DNA of 55,006 bases, taken from positions 1-55,006 of the forward strand of contig CBJOJD010000001.1 of the NCBI GenBank assembly GCA_966443485.1. The letters run 5' to 3'. Both the position numbers and the translations under genes were made by a program. A model generated the notes under the pieces. That model had not been told where the DNA came from, made no database searches, and worked only from the letters and a program-made list of their open reading frames with translations. This document shows positions 52,091-55,006 of this stretch, piece after piece. Within the stretch, counting starts at the first letter, position 1. Each line of letters starts with the position of its first letter. The stretch is from an uncultured bacterium (GTDB lineage: Bacteria; Acidobacteriota; Terriglobia; Terriglobales; Acidobacteriaceae).

Positions 52091-54223
52091 ATGCGTTATT
52101 GCAGGAAGTCTGAAGCCTGGAGGGCATCCGTATCGATTGCGACGGTGCTAATGGGCGCATTGCTCGCTGGGACGGCGGTTAGCCAGACTGAGACACGGAC
52201 CGTAAATGCCACCATCGATGTTTCAAAGATCGGGGCTCCGATTTCGAAGCACATCTATGGGCAGTTTCTGGAGCACGGTGGAGACATTGTGAACAACGGG
52301 GTCTGGGCAGAGATGCTGGTGGACCGCAAGTTCTTTTATCCGGTATCGACCAGCGCGCCAACGCCGCCGCCGGTGATGGCCAATGCCGGCGGGAATCCGC
52401 GGTTCCGCCACACGCCTACGCGCTGGTGGGCTCCGGTGGGAGGGGACGGGGCGGTCAGTATGGACGTGAAGGCTCCGTATACCGGGGATCAGTCGCCACT
52501 GATCAAGCTGGATGCGAAAGAGCCGCATGGACTGACGCAGTCAGGAATTGCGGTGCGCAAGGGCAAGGCTTACACGGGCCGCATTGTGCTGGCAGGCACG
52601 CCCGGATCCGTGGTCAGACTCACGTTGAGTTGGGGCAAGCAGGATGGCGATCGCCAGACGGTGACGATTCGCAACGTAGGTCCGGCGTATCGCAAGGTTC
52701 CCTTGCACTTTACCGCCAACGCCGACTCGGACGATGCGACTCTGGAGATTACAGGCACGGGCACAGGCTCGCTGCATGTCGGCGCGGTGTCGCTTATGCC
52801 GGCGGACAACATCGAGGGTTTTCGCCCTGAGGTGGTTGCGGCACTGAAGCAGATGCGCTTTGGAGTGCTGCGCTTTCCTGGAGGCAACTTTGTCTCTGCA
52901 TACGAGTGGCGCAATGGAGTGGGGGACATCGATAAGCGTCCCCCGATTTTTGATCCGGTGTGGCACGCGGTGCAGCCTAACGATGTGGGCACGGACGAGT
53001 TCCTGACGCTCTGCCGCCTACTGGGAGTGGATCCCTACATCACGGTCAACGCGGGATTTGGGGATGCGTGGTCGGCGCGGGAGCTGGTTGAGTACACGAA
53101 CGGAGCTGCGACTACGCCGATGGGCAAATGGCGCGCCGAGAATGGGCACGCCGGACCTTATGGGGTGAAGCTATGGGGAGTTGGCAACGAACCCTGGGGC
53201 GACTACCAGATGGGGGCGATGTCACTGCCGCAGTTCGAACTCAAGCACAACTTGTTTGCGAAGGCGATGAAGAAGGTCGATCCGTCGATCAAGCTGATCG
53301 CCGGGGGAGCGATGCCCGATGTGATGGAGGGCGCCGATCAGTCGAGGCGCATCAACGGGCAGTACGTGCCGGATTATCTGTCGGCAGCGGACTGGACGGG
53401 GCAGATGCTGCTCAATTGCCTGGACAACATCGATATGGTGAGCGAGCACTACTATGCCTCCGGCACTGAGCACACGGATATGAAGCTGCAGAAGAAGGTG
53501 CCGATCAATCCACCCCTGTCGCTGATCGAGTGGGAACGAGCGCCAGCGGTGCAGGTGCGCGCCAAGTATGAGCACTACCAGGAGTATCTGAAGCGGATCC
53601 CGGGGTTGCGCGCCAAGCCTGTGCCGATTGCGATCGACGAGTGGGCCTACTTTGGAGGCAATCGGGACGGCTACAAGGTGGTGCCGGCTTATGCGTGGGC
53701 GTTCCACGAGATGTTTCGCCACTCCGATGTGTTTCAGATGGGCGCCTTCACGTTTGCTACGGCGATGATGAGCGAGAATCGCACGGAGGCTATTTTGAAT
53801 CCGACGGGCATGCTGTTCAAGATGTACCGGGATCACTTTGGCTCTATTCCGGTGGACGTCACGGGAGATTCTCCGCAGCCCAAGCCGACATTTCCGGCTG
53901 GAGGAGACCAGCCGGCGGTGAATCCGGGGAGCGATACGTATCCGTTGGACGTAAGTGCGGCGTTGAGCGATGACCGCAAGACGATCTCCATTGCCGTGCT
54001 GAACCCTTCGGACTCCGCACAGAGCATCCGGGTGGGGATCCAGGGAGCGAAGCTCGGCAGTGCCGGGAAGTTGTGGCGCATGGCACCGGACTCGCTGGAC
54101 GCAACGGTTCAGGTGGACAAGAAGCCAGAGGTGCAGGTGGAAGAGCAGTCCCTGGGCGCGCTTCCTGAGACCATCACAGTGCGCCCGTTCAGTGTGAATA
54201 TCTACTCCTATCCAGTGCAGTGA
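52091..54223 (+). CDS. Glycoside hydrolase family 51 (alpha-L-arabinofuranosidase)
   Basis: IYGQFLEH, RFPGGNF, GTDEF, VGNEPWG and IDEW motifs; signal peptide; GGAGGAG SD. Confidence 0.92.
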   Translation: MRYCRKSEAWRASVSIATVLMGALLAGTAVSQTETRTVNATIDVSKIGAPISKHIYGQFLEHGGDIVNNGVWAEMLVDRKFFYPVSTSAPTPPPVMANAGGNPRFRHTPTRWWAPVGGDGAVSMDVKAPYTGDQSPLIKLDAKEPHGLTQSGIAVRKGKAYTGRIVLAGTPGSVVRLTLSWGKQDGDRQTVTIRNVGPAYRKVPLHFTANADSDDATLEITGTGTGSLHVGAVSLMPADNIEGFRPEVVAALKQMRFGVLRFPGGNFVSAYEWRNGVGDIDKRPPIFDPVWHAVQPNDVGTDEFLTLCRLLGVDPYITVNAGFGDAWSARELVEYTNGAATTPMGKWRAENGHAGPYGVKLWGVGNEPWGDYQMGAMSLPQFELKHNLFAKAMKKVDPSIKLIAGGAMPDVMEGADQSRRINGQYVPDYLSAADWTGQMLLNCLDNIDMVSEHYYASGTEHTDMKLQKKVPINPPLSLIEWERAPAVQVRAKYEHYQEYLKRIPGLRAKPVPIAIDEWAYFGGNRDGYKVVPAYAWAFHEMFRHSDVFQMGAFTFATAMMSENRTEAILNPTGMLFKMYRDHFGSIPVDVTGDSPQPKPTFPAGGDQPAVNPGSDTYPLDVSAALSDDRKTISIAVLNPSDSAQSIRVGIQGAKLGSAGKLWRMAPDSLDATVQVDKKPEVQVEEQSLGALPETITVRPFSVNIYSYPVQ

Positions 54224-54246
54224 TGGAGCTTTCAGAGAGGATTCCG

Positions 54247-55006
54247 ATGAGACGATTGAAGCTATTTTTTGCGTGTGCAATCTGCGTGGGGCTAGGAGCG
54301 TCGGGACTGTCCCGGGCTCAGGTGCAGACCATTGTTCCCGCGCCGGTACCTGGAGCAAAGCCGGTGACGGTGGAGCACATCAAGATTCATGGCGCGGCGC
54401 TTGAGGGCAATCTGGAAGGCGATGCCGTGGATCGCGACGTGATCGTGTTTCTGCCGCCGAGCTACAACAAGGACAAGAAGCGACGTTATCCGGTTGTGTA
54501 CGCGTTGCACGGCTACTCCATCGGCGCGGAACAATGGACGCACGAGATTCATGTTCCGCAGACGATTGAGGGGGCGTTTGCGCAGGGCGCGCAGGAGATG
54601 ATTGTCGTGCTGCCCGACTCGAAGACGATTTACAACGGCTCGATGTACTCGAGTTCAGTGACGACGGGAGACTTCGAGAAGTTCATCTATCACGACGTGG
54701 TCGCCTACATCGATGCGCATTACCGCACGATTGCCAACCGGACCAGCCGTGGGTTGGTTGGCCACTCCATGGGCGGATACGGAGCGACGCGGATTGGGAT
54801 GAAGCACTCCGACGTGTTCGGCGCACTGTACATCATGAGTCCCTGCTGCCTGTCGCCGATGACGGGCGGGGGGCCGGGACCGAGCGAGGAGATGAAGCAG
54901 CGAGCGCTGGCCAGCGAAAAGAAGGTTGCGGAGGCGAAGTCGCCCGCTGATTTGGCCGCGCAATCGCCGGGATTTGGAGCGGCCCAGTACGCAACGGCGG
55001 CGGCGT
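54247..55006 (+). CDS. Secreted alpha/beta-fold esterase (CE1-like); 3'-truncated by the window edge
   Basis: Read directly from sequence: MRRLKLFF signal peptide, VFLPPSY, RYPVVYALHGY and GHSMGGYG. Confidence 0.85.
   Translation, partial: MRRLKLFFACAICVGLGASGLSRAQVQTIVPAPVPGAKPVTVEHIKIHGAALEGNLEGDAVDRDVIVFLPPSYNKDKKRRYPVVYALHGYSIGAEQWTHEIHVPQTIEGAFAQGAQEMIVVLPDSKTIYNGSMYSSSVTTGDFEKFIYHDVVAYIDAHYRTIANRTSRGLVGHSMGGYGATRIGMKHSDVFGALYIMSPCCLSPMTGGGPGPSEEMKQRALASEKKVAEAKSPADLAAQSPGFGAAQYATAAA

Overview
Core-chromosome window from a GC-rich bacterium; gene content, the split atp operon and the repeat types suggest Acidobacteriota (inference). It holds about 55 CDSs: ispA, a DUF59 protein, an atpF'-F-H-A-G-D-C operon without subunits a and c, rnj, two uppP paralogues, ftsK, a REC-Hpt/NarL regulator pair, a HipA-like kinase/DUF3037 pair, redox enzymes, a YgiB/YgiC-like pair, a lipoprotein serine protease, pgi, manA, aroK, a vapBC module, cyoE, and a LysR-centred cluster of GH95, GH51 and two esterases. 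I saw no rRNA, tRNA, CRISPR array, transposase or phage gene. The most striking unexplained signal is non-coding. Each of the four spacers between F1 genes is an inverted array of degenerate heptamers: in mRNA sense, stop codon, four AGUUCNN units, a loop, then 4-7 NNGAACU units. The array runs up to the start codon, with no Shine-Dalgarno, for the single-copy subunits gamma and epsilon, but leaves a free SD for the three-copy subunits alpha and beta. Other candidates are a promoter-backed small RNA with a CCUUCC loop divergent from atp, a roughly 40-aa insertion in gamma, many apparently leaderless genes, a four-nonamer TA operator and paired LysR boxes. All protein calls come from motif recognition, not database searches.
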